Positions 1 to 12,127 of a stretch of 64,000 bases of DNA are shown piece after piece (the first letter of the stretch is position 1; each line of letters begins with the position of its first letter). The notes beneath the pieces were generated by a model. That model saw only the letters and a list, made by a program, of their open reading frames with translations. It ran no database searches and was not told where the DNA came from. Source of the DNA: Octopus vulgaris (lineage: Eukaryota). Both the position numbers and the translations under genes were made by a program. The stretch covers positions 41,850,001 through 41,914,000 of the forward strand of contig OX597819.1 of assembly GCA_951406725.2 (NCBI GenBank), written 5' to 3'.

Positions 1-600
1 AACTGCCTCGCTGGTTATAGGTGAGGCGGCAAAGAAGTCCATTGGCTCATTCACTTGTCTGTTTTCCAACGGGGTGGTAAAGACATTTTTGAACTGGTCA
101 TTCAGTATCTCACTGATCTTAGTTGGACTGTCTGTGAGGGAGTCATCCTTTTGGAGGAGGGGTCCTATCTTGCAGTGTACTGAGGCTGTTTCTTTTGCGT
201 AATGAAAGAAGGCCTTTGGGTTTGACTTAATGTTTTTTATAACCTAGGCTTCTTTGTCTGCTTTCTCCCTCACATAGGATTGTTGCAGCTGTTTTTCCAT
301 CTCCATCAGTGTTGTTTTTAGGCGGGACGTTTCGCTACTTTTGGGATGTTGGTTGAGTCAATTTGCAACCTTAGTCCGTCGTCTCATGAGGATCTTCCTC
401 TTCCTTGGAATCTTGTTCCTATTTGTTTTGGCCTTGTGCTCTGGGACATATTTCTGGCATATGGCTTGCACAAAAGACATGAAACATTCTAGTTTCATGT
501 TAATGTCTGATGTGGAGAGACATTTCGGCCAGTCCTCTCTGAGGATCTCTTTTTGGATCGATTTCCAATCTGCTTTGTGGAAGTTCAGATTGGAGAGATT
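1..600 (-). mobile_element. CR1/L2-group LINE ORF2 fragment (between EN and RT), truncated at window edge
   Basis: Minus strand reads ...KSNPKAFFHYAKETASVHCKIGPLL...ISEILNDQFKNVFT, matching the 'NPK.F..Y' and 'LN..F..VFT' motifs of CR1-like ORF2. Confidence 0.7.
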
Positions 601-924
601 TCAGGTGCTTCCTTTTATTCTAAATAAGAATTTTTACATTTTCCTTATCTTGTATTTCCCTTTGTACATTTATACACATATGCACAGAGACAACAAATAT
701 CTAAAAACCTACATACCTAAATATAAACAGAAAGCAAATGAAGGAGACAAAAATAGTGTTTGGAGAAAGCAAGGAGAGTTTGCATTTCTATCTCTCTCCT
801 TTTCTCTCCCTCTCTCCCTCTCCATATATATACATATATGCAAATATGTATGCATATAGTTATGTGAGTGTGTACACATGTATGTTTCTGTCTTCTTGTC
901 TTGATATCACATCATTTTTGTTAT

Positions 925-1450
925 TGAGTGTCATTCATTTCCAATATACAGCAAAAATATGGCTGGCCAACTACTTCAAAACAGCTACAGGTTGCTGACA
1001 GGAAGGGCATCAAACCTAAGAAAATCTGCCTCAAGTGTGGAGGCAGACTTTTTTGTATTTTGATAAGCAAAGCTTTCTCATATTGTGAGAAATATTTTAT
1101 TCATTCCATCCAAAACTATACTCTATATTCTATATACTTGCCCCTCAGCTTATCCTTACTTATAAATATTTAAAACCTGTTTACAATCATAAGGTACTCA
1201 CTCATTCAACTGATATAATCCTAATATATATTTATATTTTATAAGATTTAGATACCTTTTATACTTAATCACATTAGCTATTTAGATTATTCATCTAGTT
1301 CCTTTTCATTATCTTAATCTGTAATACTCTATTTTATATTTTTCTTTTCTCTTATTACTTATTTTTTCATAGAGGATATCTTTCAGCCAGTACAATTGTG
1401 AGCTATGATACTTGAGACTATGCATGTAGCCTTAAATCATTTTTATTGCT
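925..1450. repeat. Copy 1 of a ~520-bp AT-rich repeat; copy 2 at ~4008-4530
   Basis: Colinear similarity by eye, e.g. cagcaaaaatatggctggcca, tttctcatattgtgagaaatattttat, agccagtacaattgtga. Confidence 0.85.
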
Positions 1451-2098
1451 AAAAATTCTCATTCTAATTTTATATATACTTATATATACAACATAAGATA
1501 ATCGACAGGGTGACAAAGAAGCTTGTAAGAATTTCATTAGTTTACAACTTTTTCTGCTAAAAGATGAAATACACTCATGGTTCAGTGTTTCTCTATCACC
1601 CTATAGCTCTGATGAAGCTATAGGGTGCCACACAAGCACTCAACTTTGAGGGCATTGTACTTTATAGTAGAAATATCTGTAAACTAATGTAGATCATTAC
1701 ATGATTTCTTGTTTTCCAGTCATTTACTTAAATACTCTGAAGTCAACAAACACTTTTTCTGAAGCATATGTAAACTGAGTTCCAACACCAGTTCGTTAAT
1801 GTCAAAGTCTAAGTGAGTCTCTGTTGAAGAGCATAGGCTTGAAACATCAAAGACATCTCCTATTTTCCAGAGCATCAAATTTATACCTTATTTATTGTTC
1901 CCTCACCTGTCTCTGTCTTTTGTTTTGTTCTTTTTTTTTTTTGTACATTTGAACCATATATATACATATATATAAAACACAAGGTAAAAGGGATTAAGAA
2001 ATCCAAGTAGATATTTAGAAAGCATTCAATGTTAAACAAACTTGGTTAATTATATCAAACAATCAGATACCAATAAATTCAAATAATAACATCTAGAG

Positions 2099-3556
2099 CA
2101 ATGTGGGTGATATCGCCCACTGGTGGGCGATTTCAACTTACAGGTGGGGCAATGGGCAAATTTCTAGAAAATGGTGAGTGATTTGAAATTTTGATGGGCG
2201 ATATGAACATTTTGGGGGTGACAATGAATTTTTGGAAATTAAGTCTGCATTTACTGATATCTAGGCATGCCTAGAATAAGGATGCACTTTTATCGATTTG
2301 ACTACTCGCATGAGACATCCTTTTGTATTTAAAAAAGTGGACTTGTTTATCGATTGAATATCTTTGTTGCAGTCATTGAGATAGTTGTCATGCATGCTAA
2401 AAATAGCAGCCAAATAGGCCTAGGCCTTAAATCACACTCTGCTACATTTTTTTTTTTTGCATAATTGTATGAAGTCTCACCTACAGAATTCAAATTCGCA
2501 AATATTTTCTGAAAACTCCGAAAAATAAAAAAGTTATGAGGGGTTATATGTCGTGCATAATTCTATGGTTTCATATCAAAACACAAATGCTATTTTCAGG
2601 ATGTTGACAAAATGTGCTGTCACACAAAATGACAGATTTGAAATTGTGTTTCTTGACTGGATGAAAATGATTAAACTTTAAACCTCTGTAACTTTTTAAA
2701 ACCATTTTTCTGGGCTTCCGTGCCAGTGGCACATAAAATACACCAATCCGATCGTGGCCGTTGCCAGCCTCGCCTGACACCTGTGCAGTTGGCACGTAAA
2801 AAGCACCCACTACACTCACGGAGTGGTTGGCGTTAGGAAGGGCATCCAGCTGTAGAAACACTGCCAGATCAGACTGGAGCCTGGTGCAGCCTTCTGGCTT
2901 CCCAGATCCCCAGTCAAACCGTCCAACCCATGCTAGCATGGAGAACGGACGTTAAACGATGATGATGATGATGATGATGAACTCCAGCAATTTAGCTTGG
3001 AAAGGTACATTAATGTGCCAAATTCTAAAATTTGCAATAAACTTTAATTTTTGAAATACTGGCAGCCAAACGAACTAGATCCATATTTGCTCCAGTAAAG
3101 ATGTGACATCTCACTCTGCTCTATTGACGTCTTCTCTTTGGGAATACCATGCTGCCTTTCTAACGCCATCTATAGAAATTCGTTTTCACATTTTCACTTT
3201 ACTGAAGCCTCCAGTCAAGAAAATTTGTTGACAGTACAGTAGCAATTATTTATCATTTGGATTTATTCTCTCTCCTCAGAACTGTCAGTTACCAACGTGC
3301 CTTCTTTGCCATCAAACACTGACCAATGGAGCAATGAAACCTTCACGCTTGACGTATCACTTTGATGCAAAGCATTCTGACAAGGACAAGCCATTGTCAT
3401 CCTTTTTGAACTGAGCACCTTTTTCAAAAAGCAAATACAAACATTCAGCACGCAACTCCAGGAAACTAGTAAACGGGAGAATGATGAATTGATTGCAAGG
3501 TACAACATTCTATTGCTTGTTGCTAAGTCTGGGAAGTCACACCCAATTGGAGAAAT
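2099..3556 (+). mobile_element. Degraded hAT (Charlie/Buster-type) DNA transposon, interrupted by other repeats
   Basis: Transposase-like remnants SNGAMKPSRL and IARYNILLLVAKSGKSHPIGE (compare Buster/SCAND3 ASY.I.LLIAK.GKPHTIGE); putative left end follows atctagag, a Charlie-like target. Confidence 0.6.
2716..2980 (+). mobile_element. RTE-3'-tail-derived short element ending in (GAT)n
   Basis: Highly similar to 12170-12443, the 3' end of the full-length RTE. Confidence 0.85.
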
Positions 3557-4007
3557 AAGACACTTGCCTAAGGTGCCACACAATGGGACTAAACCCAGAA
3601 CCATGTGGTTGGGAAGCAAGCTTCTTACCACACAGCCATGCCTATATTTATCATTATCATTGTTTAACGTCCGTTCTCCATGCTAGCATTTTTTTAAATG
3701 TTATCACTGTTACTTATTTTTCAAACTCTTTTAATAAGGTCAAATTTGCAATTAAATTCCTTCATAAGTCAAATAAAAAAGAAAAAAATAGTGTTTGGAG
3801 AAAGCAAATGTGGTCTACAATGGGAAAATTGCTTAAATTTCAATAAATTTACAAGAAAATATGAGAAACTTGTCTTTTGAACAAAGTTCTTCATTGTAGA
3901 GACAATTCTTTCTTTTCACATCAGGCTCTCATCTCCCATGACAGACGAACATATTTGAATTTTTAAATTTCAATATTCAATTTAGTGTCATTTCAATATT
4001 TAATTTA

Positions 4008-4530
4008 GTGTCATTTCCAGTATTCAGCAAAAATATGGCTGGCCATCAGGAGATATCTTACTTCAAAACAGCTAAGGGTTGCTGACACCAAGAGCATCAA
4101 CCTAAGAAAATCTGCCTCAAGTGTAGAGGCAGGTTTTTTTTGCTTTTTGTTAAGCAAACTTTTCTCATATTGTGAGAAATATTTTATTTGCTCCATCGAA
4201 GTTTACACTCTATATTCTATATACTTACCCTTCAGCTTAGCCTTAATTATAAACATTTAAAACCTGTTTACAATCATAAGATACTCACTTATTCAATTGA
4301 TATAATCCTAGTATATATTTATATTTTTTATAAGATTTATATACCTTTTATACTTAATCTCATTAGTTATTAAGATTATTCATTTAGTTCCTTTTCATTA
4401 TTTTAATCTTTAATACTCAATTTTATATCTTTCTTATTACTTATCTTTCCATAAAGGATATATTTTAGCCAGTACAATTGTGAACTATGGTACTTGAGAC
4501 TACATATGTAACCTTAAAACCTATTTCATT
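4008..4530. repeat. Copy 2 of the ~520-bp AT-rich repeat at ~925-1450
   Basis: Colinear similarity with 925-1450. Confidence 0.85.
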
Positions 4531-5234
4531 GTTAACAAATCATCATACTTTTTTTTAGATATATAAAATTAAGCTGTAGAATGATTCACAATTATTCTCA
4601 CATGTACAATGCTCCTGATCCCTCTGTCCCACTCACTTCTACCAACCTCATCCCTCGAGGATCCACCCTGAAACCTCATCAACAACATTTTTCATCCCTT
4701 TCCAGCTCCATCCTTGACACTCCTACTTTATCTTCTACAGAAAGAAACCTGTTCTGCTCTAGCCACTTCTCTCATACTTTTACTCTGCAGCCTCTTATGT
4801 GAAGCTGCACTCTCAGGGTCTTGCAGGTTGCATGGTGACCTCACTAGTGTTAGTGGTATGGAAAATGGCACCCAGGTCACACTGTAAAGTGGTTGATGTG
4901 AGGAAGAGCATCCAGCCACAGAAACCATGCCAAAGCAGACACCGGAGCACAATGCAGTACTGTGGCCCATCAGATCCTGTCAAACCATCCAACTCATGCC
5001 AGCATGGTACATGGAAGTTAGATGATGATGATGATGATTTAGTTACATACACATATACCTACATTCAGTGATATACATAAAATCCAGACACTAACATTCA
5101 GATGCACACATACAGTCCCAATAACATATCCACACACACACATATACAAACACCTACCCATATATATATATATGCAAACCCATACATATATACATATATA
5201 CATACATACACACACACACACATACATACATACA

Positions 5235-5270
<36 letters not shown>

Positions 5271-5336
5271 TTTTTTCTAGTTTCAGCTCAGAGCTGCAGC
5301 CATGCTGATGCACCACCGTTTATATAAAATATATAT

Positions 5337-5537
5337 AAAATTATAATTTAGGGTATCTAATAGATACCTACACGCTGGAAATAGCAACCAAAACTTGACT
5401 TTAAAACCACATTAAATGTTCATACAGCACCAAGAGAGTGCTGGTGCTGTATGAACATTTAATGTGGTTTTAGAGTCAAGTTTTGACTGCTATTTCCAGC
5501 ATGGAGGTATCTCTTAGATCCCCTAAATTATAATTTT
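5337..5537. repeat. ~200-bp near-perfect palindrome (~96-bp arms, 9-nt loop)
   Basis: ...attaaatgttcatacagcacca / agagagtgc / tggtgctgtatgaacatttaat...; arms extend to aaaattataattta and taaattataatttt. Confidence 0.95.
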
Positions 5538-5630
5538 AATAATAATTATCAACTTTGAATGTTTTTAGTCCCATGCTGGCCGCCTGATAAGATCGATAAT
5601 TAAATTAACGATCTTATCCTTATTTATATA

Positions 5631-5688
<58 letters not shown>

Positions 5689-6894
5689 TATGAAATCAGA
5701 GTTATTATCAAGGGATTATCAATCCAGGTAAAATATTTTATAAACTCTGTGTTAGTATGCCAGGCTATCAATATTGTTTAGGTAAAGAACTTGGCTTATT
5801 TTTGTGGCAATTTAACCATTCAATATTGTCAATTCCTGGTTGTGTTTCAGTTATATTGGGTCTTTTTTTTTTAATACAGACTGATATACAAGACAAGGCA
5901 TAAATAATGGTCATTACATATTGTTCTTTACTGTAGTAAATTTGACTTACAACTGTTTCCAGTAGTCATTATAGGTTCATTATTGATAGGTTTACTCAAT
6001 TGCGATATAAAAGGAATTATATATATATGTTATGGAAATTGTAGCTGTGATACCAGTGCCGATGGCACGTAAGAGAACCATCCGAACGTGGCCGTTGCCA
6101 GCGCCGTGCCGGTGGCACGTAAAAAGCACCGTCCGATTGTGGCCGTTAAACGATGATGATGATGATGATGTTAAATATAAATATAAAATGAATATATTTT
6201 TTAAAAAAATATAAAATATAAAAAGGAATATGAAAATATAAATATAAGAGTATAAATATAAAATATAAAAAAGTTTAAAAATATACAATATATATATATA
6301 CTTACAAATACAAATAAACAACACACATACACATACATTTTTGAATGGCCGTCATTCAATTTTTCTCAACGAGCAAACCTATCAACACATACAGAGATAT
6401 AAACCACACACACATGACAGGCTTCTTTCAGTTTCCATCTACCGAAACCACTCACAGGACTTTTGTCAGCACAAGGTTATAACAGAAGACACTTATGCAA
6501 GATGCCTTGCAGTGGGGCTGAACCCAGAAATATGTTGTTGGGAAGCAAACTTCTTACCACACAGCCAGGCCTGTGTGTGGATGGATGGATGGATGGATGG
6601 ATGGATAGACGGACAGACAGGCAGACAGACAGACATCTTATAATCACATGATTGACCAGGCTGTTGAATGTTGTTATACATTACTGGTCAGAATACACTT
6701 TGCATCATTTTATTTTCCAAATGACCCCTCCCCCCGCTGGCTAGATGAGCTGGCCAATATTCCCCCTGAACAGAATGCCAGTTTGTTGCAGGGTTAACCA
6801 TTTGCAGCTGAGTGGACTGGAGCAATGTAAAATAAAGTGTTTTTGCTCTAGAACATAATGCACCACTCAGTATGGGAATCATCACCATAACATC

Positions 6895-7470
6895 ATTTCG
6901 GAATGCTCACAGCAGCCATATTCCTACCACTCTATGTCACGCTGGTGAGACCCATATTGGAGTACGGGATTCAAGCCTCTTCTCCTTATCTCCTCAAAGA
7001 CATACAGCATCTCGAAAGAGTCCAGAAGCTGGCTACCCGCATGGTTCATGGTCTCAAAAATTTGTCCTATGAAGAAAGGCTGAGGACGCTCGACCTTTAT
7101 TCTCTTGAAAAACGCTGCCGCCGTGGTGATCTCATTCTCGCCCACAACATCATAAGCGGAAAGTGTAACCTCTCGAAAGAGCTGTTCTTCACTCCTGCTC
7201 CAGAGCGTCGGCTGCGGGGTCATTCCGAAAAGCTCTACCTGCGACGATTTCATCTCAATCGAAGGAGAGGAGCTTTCTCCGTCCGGGTTGCGGATCCGTG
7301 GAACAAGCTGCCAGACGAGATGGTGAAGATGCCGACGACCGCTTTGTTCAAAGCCTCCCTTGACCTCAAGTGGCCTGAACTCTTTACATGAACACCACCC
7401 TGTACTTAACTCCATGTCCCCCTACATGGCCTTGCTATTTGCTTTTGAGCCAAATTAACTAACTAACTAA
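6895..7470 (+). mobile_element. 5'-truncated CR1-type LINE 3' end
   Basis: ORF 6903-7391 contains LYVTLVRPILEY, LERVQKLATRMV, YEERL, RRGDLI, FSVRVADPWNKLP; (TAAC)n tail. Confidence 0.9.
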
Positions 7471-7782
7471 TCATCATCATCACCACAACCATTTCCAATC
7501 TGTTTTAAGACAGCAATACATACACACACACACATATACTTAGATAACATATACATACATATACAGATAAATACAGTGACAACCATATAATTTCTTTCTT
7601 CACCAGTGTTAGAAGCCATCATAATTTTATCAAATATACCAATTCATAACCTCACGATCATAAGCTTGATGCTCTAACCACTGAGTCATGTGCCTTCACT
7701 ATATATATATAAAGTGTCTTGCTCAAGAACACAACATGCAGCCTGGTCCAGGATTTGAGTTCATATATATATATATATATAT

Positions 7783-8527
7783 TAGCTCAAACATTTTTTT
7801 TCGTTTAGACTTGTCTACAGGTTCATAGCCACTCTGATTTTTCAATTTTTCGTTTAGTGTTGTCTCCCGATTCATACAAACCCATTTGCTAGCTCATACG
7901 ATTAACAGAACCTCTTTACTCAGCTACGGTGTTATATTAGCTATCAATAATGATATTCCCTCTGATTTTTCTGATTTTCAAACCTATTTATCTAATGTTT
8001 ATTTATCGACAATGCCGTCCCCAGTCAAATTCCCTCACACCGCTTATTGTCACATGTCCCTTGACCTCTCTCTAACTAACCCTATCTCTCTCTCTCTATG
8101 TCCCCCCTTCCCATAACCGTCATCGCCATGGTTCTCTATGCCCCCCCTTCCCAAAACCATCATCGCCATATATAAAAGAGCGATCGCATTTATCGTTAAC
8201 CCCACTCGCTTCAAAATATCTAAAGAATACGCACAGATCATGAATGGCTAAAAGTTAAGTGAATCGTCCAACCTCGCTACGCCTACCTTCTTTCTTGCAC
8301 TTATTCTTATTCTTTCTCTATTCTTCAATTTCCATCTCATTGTATTGTCCCTCATTCTTTCAGTATTCCCTCATTACCCTGTCTAGCTCAAACATTTTTT
8401 TTCGTTTAGACTTGTCTACAGGTTCATAGCCACTCTGATTTTTCAATTTTTCGTTTAGTGTTGTCTCCCGATTCATACAAACCCATTTGCTAGCTCATAC
8501 GATTAACAGAACCTCTTTACTCAGCTA
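7783..8527 (+). repeat. 144-bp direct repeat (7783-7926 and 8384-8527, 601 bp apart) at the 5' end of the RTE
   Basis: Both copies run tagctcaaacatttttt...acctctttactcagcta and appear identical. Confidence 0.95.
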
Positions 8528-8772
8528 AGGTGCACCCGCTCTCCCACCCCCAACACGCATGCCGGAAGTTCCTATTCTCTGCCATTCCGGGGTTGCTTCC
8601 CATGAAGACTGCAAATGCTCTCACCATCCCTACCCCTAGTCTCGACCTATGTAAGGTAATGTTCATACAGTGCAAAATATGAAAGGCTAGCGTTATGCAG
8701 GTTGTACTGAAGGCTACTTTACTACTTCATTTCTTGCACATGAATTCTGCCAAATGCGAGCTTTCTTTTCAG

Positions 8773-11700
8773 GTACACGAAGCTACTGTCCACCGTCCCA
8801 GGGTCTCTAGAGCCCATGCCTCCCACACCCTCAGGGTTGGCACCCTCAACGTTGGCACTCTGAAAGGTAGGTCTGGTGAGATAGTTGAGATGCTTGAACG
8901 GAGATGTGTGATATATGTTGCATGCAAGAAATAAGGTGGAGAGGAGGATCAGCTAGGTTCCTCACAGGCAAGGAACGCAGGTACAAGATTTTCTGGGCAG
9001 GGAACACTGACGGGGTTGGTGGCGTGGGTATACTTATCGCTGAGAAATGGGTAGATAAAGTAATTGAGGTAATCAGAGTATGTGACAGAATACTTAAGAT
9101 TAGATTAGTGCTTCATCATAGTTTAGCAACCATTATATCAGCCTATGCTCCTCAGTCGGGGCTACCCGATGGACAGAAAGACCGATTCTATGACACTCTA
9201 CTGCAGACTACCTCGTTGACGAACGACAGAGACCTTATCTTTGTGGCTGGTGACTTCAATGGTCACGTTGGACGACATGCTGGGGGCTTCCATGGCGTAC
9301 ATGGAGGCTATGGCTATGGCTCCCGCAACGAGGAGGGAACCAGGCTGCTGGAGTTCTACGATGCAAATAATCTTATGATTTGCAACACTAACTTCAGGAA
9401 ACCTACCAGCCACCTAGTCACTTACCAATCGGGCCAACATACCAGCCAAATTGACTACATCCTTACAAGGCAAAGGGAGAGATGGCTGCTTATAAATGCC
9501 AAAACCTTCCCAGGTGAAGAATGTACCCCACAACATAGACTGGTAGTTAGTGACTTTAGGATCAGGACTAGGAGGACAACCAGAAGACGACAAATATGGA
9601 GAAGAAGGATCTGGAAGCTTAAAGATCCTGCAAATGGACAGAGATTTAGGGACATATTACTTGAAGCCTCTGACGAAGTAGAAGGGGATAGAGCATCACA
9701 GGGGGTAGAAGACAGCTGGACGTTTCTAAGGGACAACTTGCTGAGAGCCACTGACCAGATCTGTGGCTGGTGCAAAGTCCCCTCTCGACCTAGAATAACG
9801 TGGTGGTGGAACAATATTGTAGACAGGGCTATTAGAGAAAAGAGACAGGCTTGGAAGGTCTGGAAAAATGGGGGTAGCAGGGGATTGTATCAGACTGCCA
9901 AAGGAGAAGCTAGGAGACAGGTTTATTTAGCCAGAGGGGAAGCAGATAAGAAAAAATTTGCCAATGTTCTGCGCCGTGAGGACCAAAGACTGGAGGTGTT
10001 TCGTGTTGCAAGACAGTGTGTGAGAGAGAATCGTGATGTGGTAGGAGAGAAGTGTGTTCGCATGGAAGATGGTTCACTTGCGCTAAATGAGGATGCAAAG
10101 AGAGAGGTTTGGAGATGCCACTATGAAAGGTTGCTGAATGAAGAAAATGAATGGGATAAAGAGAGTCTGCCGAATGTTGACCCAACAGAGGGACCAGCTA
10201 TCCGAGTTGATAGTTCCGTGGTAGCTAAGGCAATTAGAAGCATGAAGACAGGGAAAGCCCCAGGCCCATCAGGAATCACTGCAGAGATGCTCAAAATGTC
10301 TGGTAGTGTCGGCTATAGCCTAGTCACCCGTATAGTTAATCAGGTGATACACAAAGGGGTCATACCCAATGACTGGTGTAGCAGTATAATAGTCAACTGC
10401 TACAAAGGTAAAGGTGATGCCCTAGATACAAATAACTACAGAGGTATCAAGCTGTTGGACCAGGTGATGAAGGTTACGGAGAGGGTCATAGCCCAACTAA
10501 TTAGAGAGAGAGTTAGTTTAGATGAGATGCAGTTTGGGTTTGTGCCAGGGAAAAGTACTACTGATGCTATATTCCTGGTAAGGCAGCTGCAGGAGAAATA
10601 CCTAGCCAAAGATAAGCCCCTGTACCTGGCTTTTGTTGACATGGAGAAAGCCTTCGACAGGGTCCCCCGATCCCTTATCTGGTGGGCAATGAGGAAACTA
10701 GGGATAGATGAATGGTTAGTGAGAGCTGTGCGGGCCATGTATAGGGACGCCGCTAGTAGGGTGAGGGTTGGAAATGTGTACAGTGAAGAATTCCGGGTAG
10801 AGGTAGGAGTCCACCAAGGCTCAGTACTCAGCCCCCTCCTATTTATCATAGTCCTCCAGGCAATAACGGAGGAATTCAAGACAGGATGCCCTTGGGAGCT
10901 CCTCTATGCTGATGACCTTGCTCTAATTGCTGAGTCGCTATCAGAACTGGAGGAGAAGTTTCAGGTGTGGAAACAAGGATTAGAATCGAAGGGCCTCAGA
11001 GTCAATCTAGCTAAAACCAAAGTCGTAATCAGTAGGAAGGTAGACAAATCACAAACACCTTCAGGTAGATGGCCCTGCTCGATCTGTAGAAAAGGTGTAG
11101 GTAGAAACTCTATAAGATGCACCAAGTGTAAGCTATGGACACATAAGAGATGCAGCAATGTCAAAGGAAGGCTAACTAGGAAGATGGTTTTTGTATGTGG
11201 CAGATGCTCAGGAACAATAAACACTGAAAATGCTCTGAGACCAACTTCCGTCACTTTCCAGGGAGAAAAACTAGAAATAGTTGATAGTTTCCGTTACCTA
11301 GGTGACCAAGTCAGCAGCGGGGGCGGGTGTGCTGAAAGTGTAACTGCTAGAGTAAGAATAGCTTGGGCAAAGTTCAGAGAGCTCTTACCTCTGCTGGTGA
11401 CAAAAGGCCTCTCGCACAGAGTGAAAGGCAGACTGTATGATGCGTGTGTACGAACAGCCATGCTACATGGCAGTGAAACATGGGCCGTGACTGCTGAGGA
11501 TATGCGTAAGCTCGCTAGAAATGAAGCCAGTATGCTCCGATGGATGTGTAATGCCGGTACTCACACTCGGCAGAGTGTAAGTACCTTGAGAGAAAAGCTG
11601 GACCTAAGAAGCATCAGTTGTGGTGTGCAAGAGAGACGTTTGCGCTGGTATGGTCATGTGGCGAGAATGGATGAAGATAGTTGTGTGAAAAAGTGCCACA

Positions 11701-11861
11701 CCCTAGCGGTTGAGGGAACCTGTGGAAGAGGCAGACCCAGGAAAACCTGGGACGAGGTGGTGAAGCACGACCTTCGAACTTTAGGTCTCACTGAGGAAAT
11801 GACTAGAGACCGAGACCTCTGGAAGTGTGCTGTGCGCGAGAAGACCCAGCAGGACAAGTGA
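8773..11861 (+). CDS. RTE EN-RT polyprotein with one 1-bp frameshift near 8910; possible spliced leader exon at 8602-8655
   Basis: ORF 8695-8934 (LRVGTLNVGTLKGR) and ORF 8904-11861 (985 aa) join if one G is restored in GTG GAT. Confidence 0.9.
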
Positions 11862-11931
11862 GTCCATAACCCGTGGCCTTCTACATGGGATGGAGCCGGC
11901 CTACGTATGCATACCTTGCCTTCTTGGGACA

Positions 11932-12127
11932 CAAAACTCTACTTGTGAAGACGTGTTGAGGCAAGTGAGGATCAGAATCGAAATCGATCAATGGAAATTG
12001 CGGATGTGCTACCAGTGCCGGTGGCATGTCAAAACTCTGCTTGTGAAGACCCGTTGAGGCAAGTGAGGATCAGAATGGAAATCGATCAATGGAAATTGCA
12101 GATGTGTTACCAGTGCCGGTGGCATGT
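11932..12127 (+). repeat. 98-bp tandem duplication in the RTE 3' UTR
   Basis: caaaactct...gccggtggcatgt occurs twice, starting at 11932 and 12030. Confidence 0.9.

Noticed and set aside
341-859. 172-aa + strand ORF as a membrane protein
   Set aside because: Antisense to a LINE fragment and runs into simple repeats
9198-11932. Minus-strand ORFs overlapping the RTE
   Set aside because: Antisense shadows of the RT ORF with no independent protein motifs
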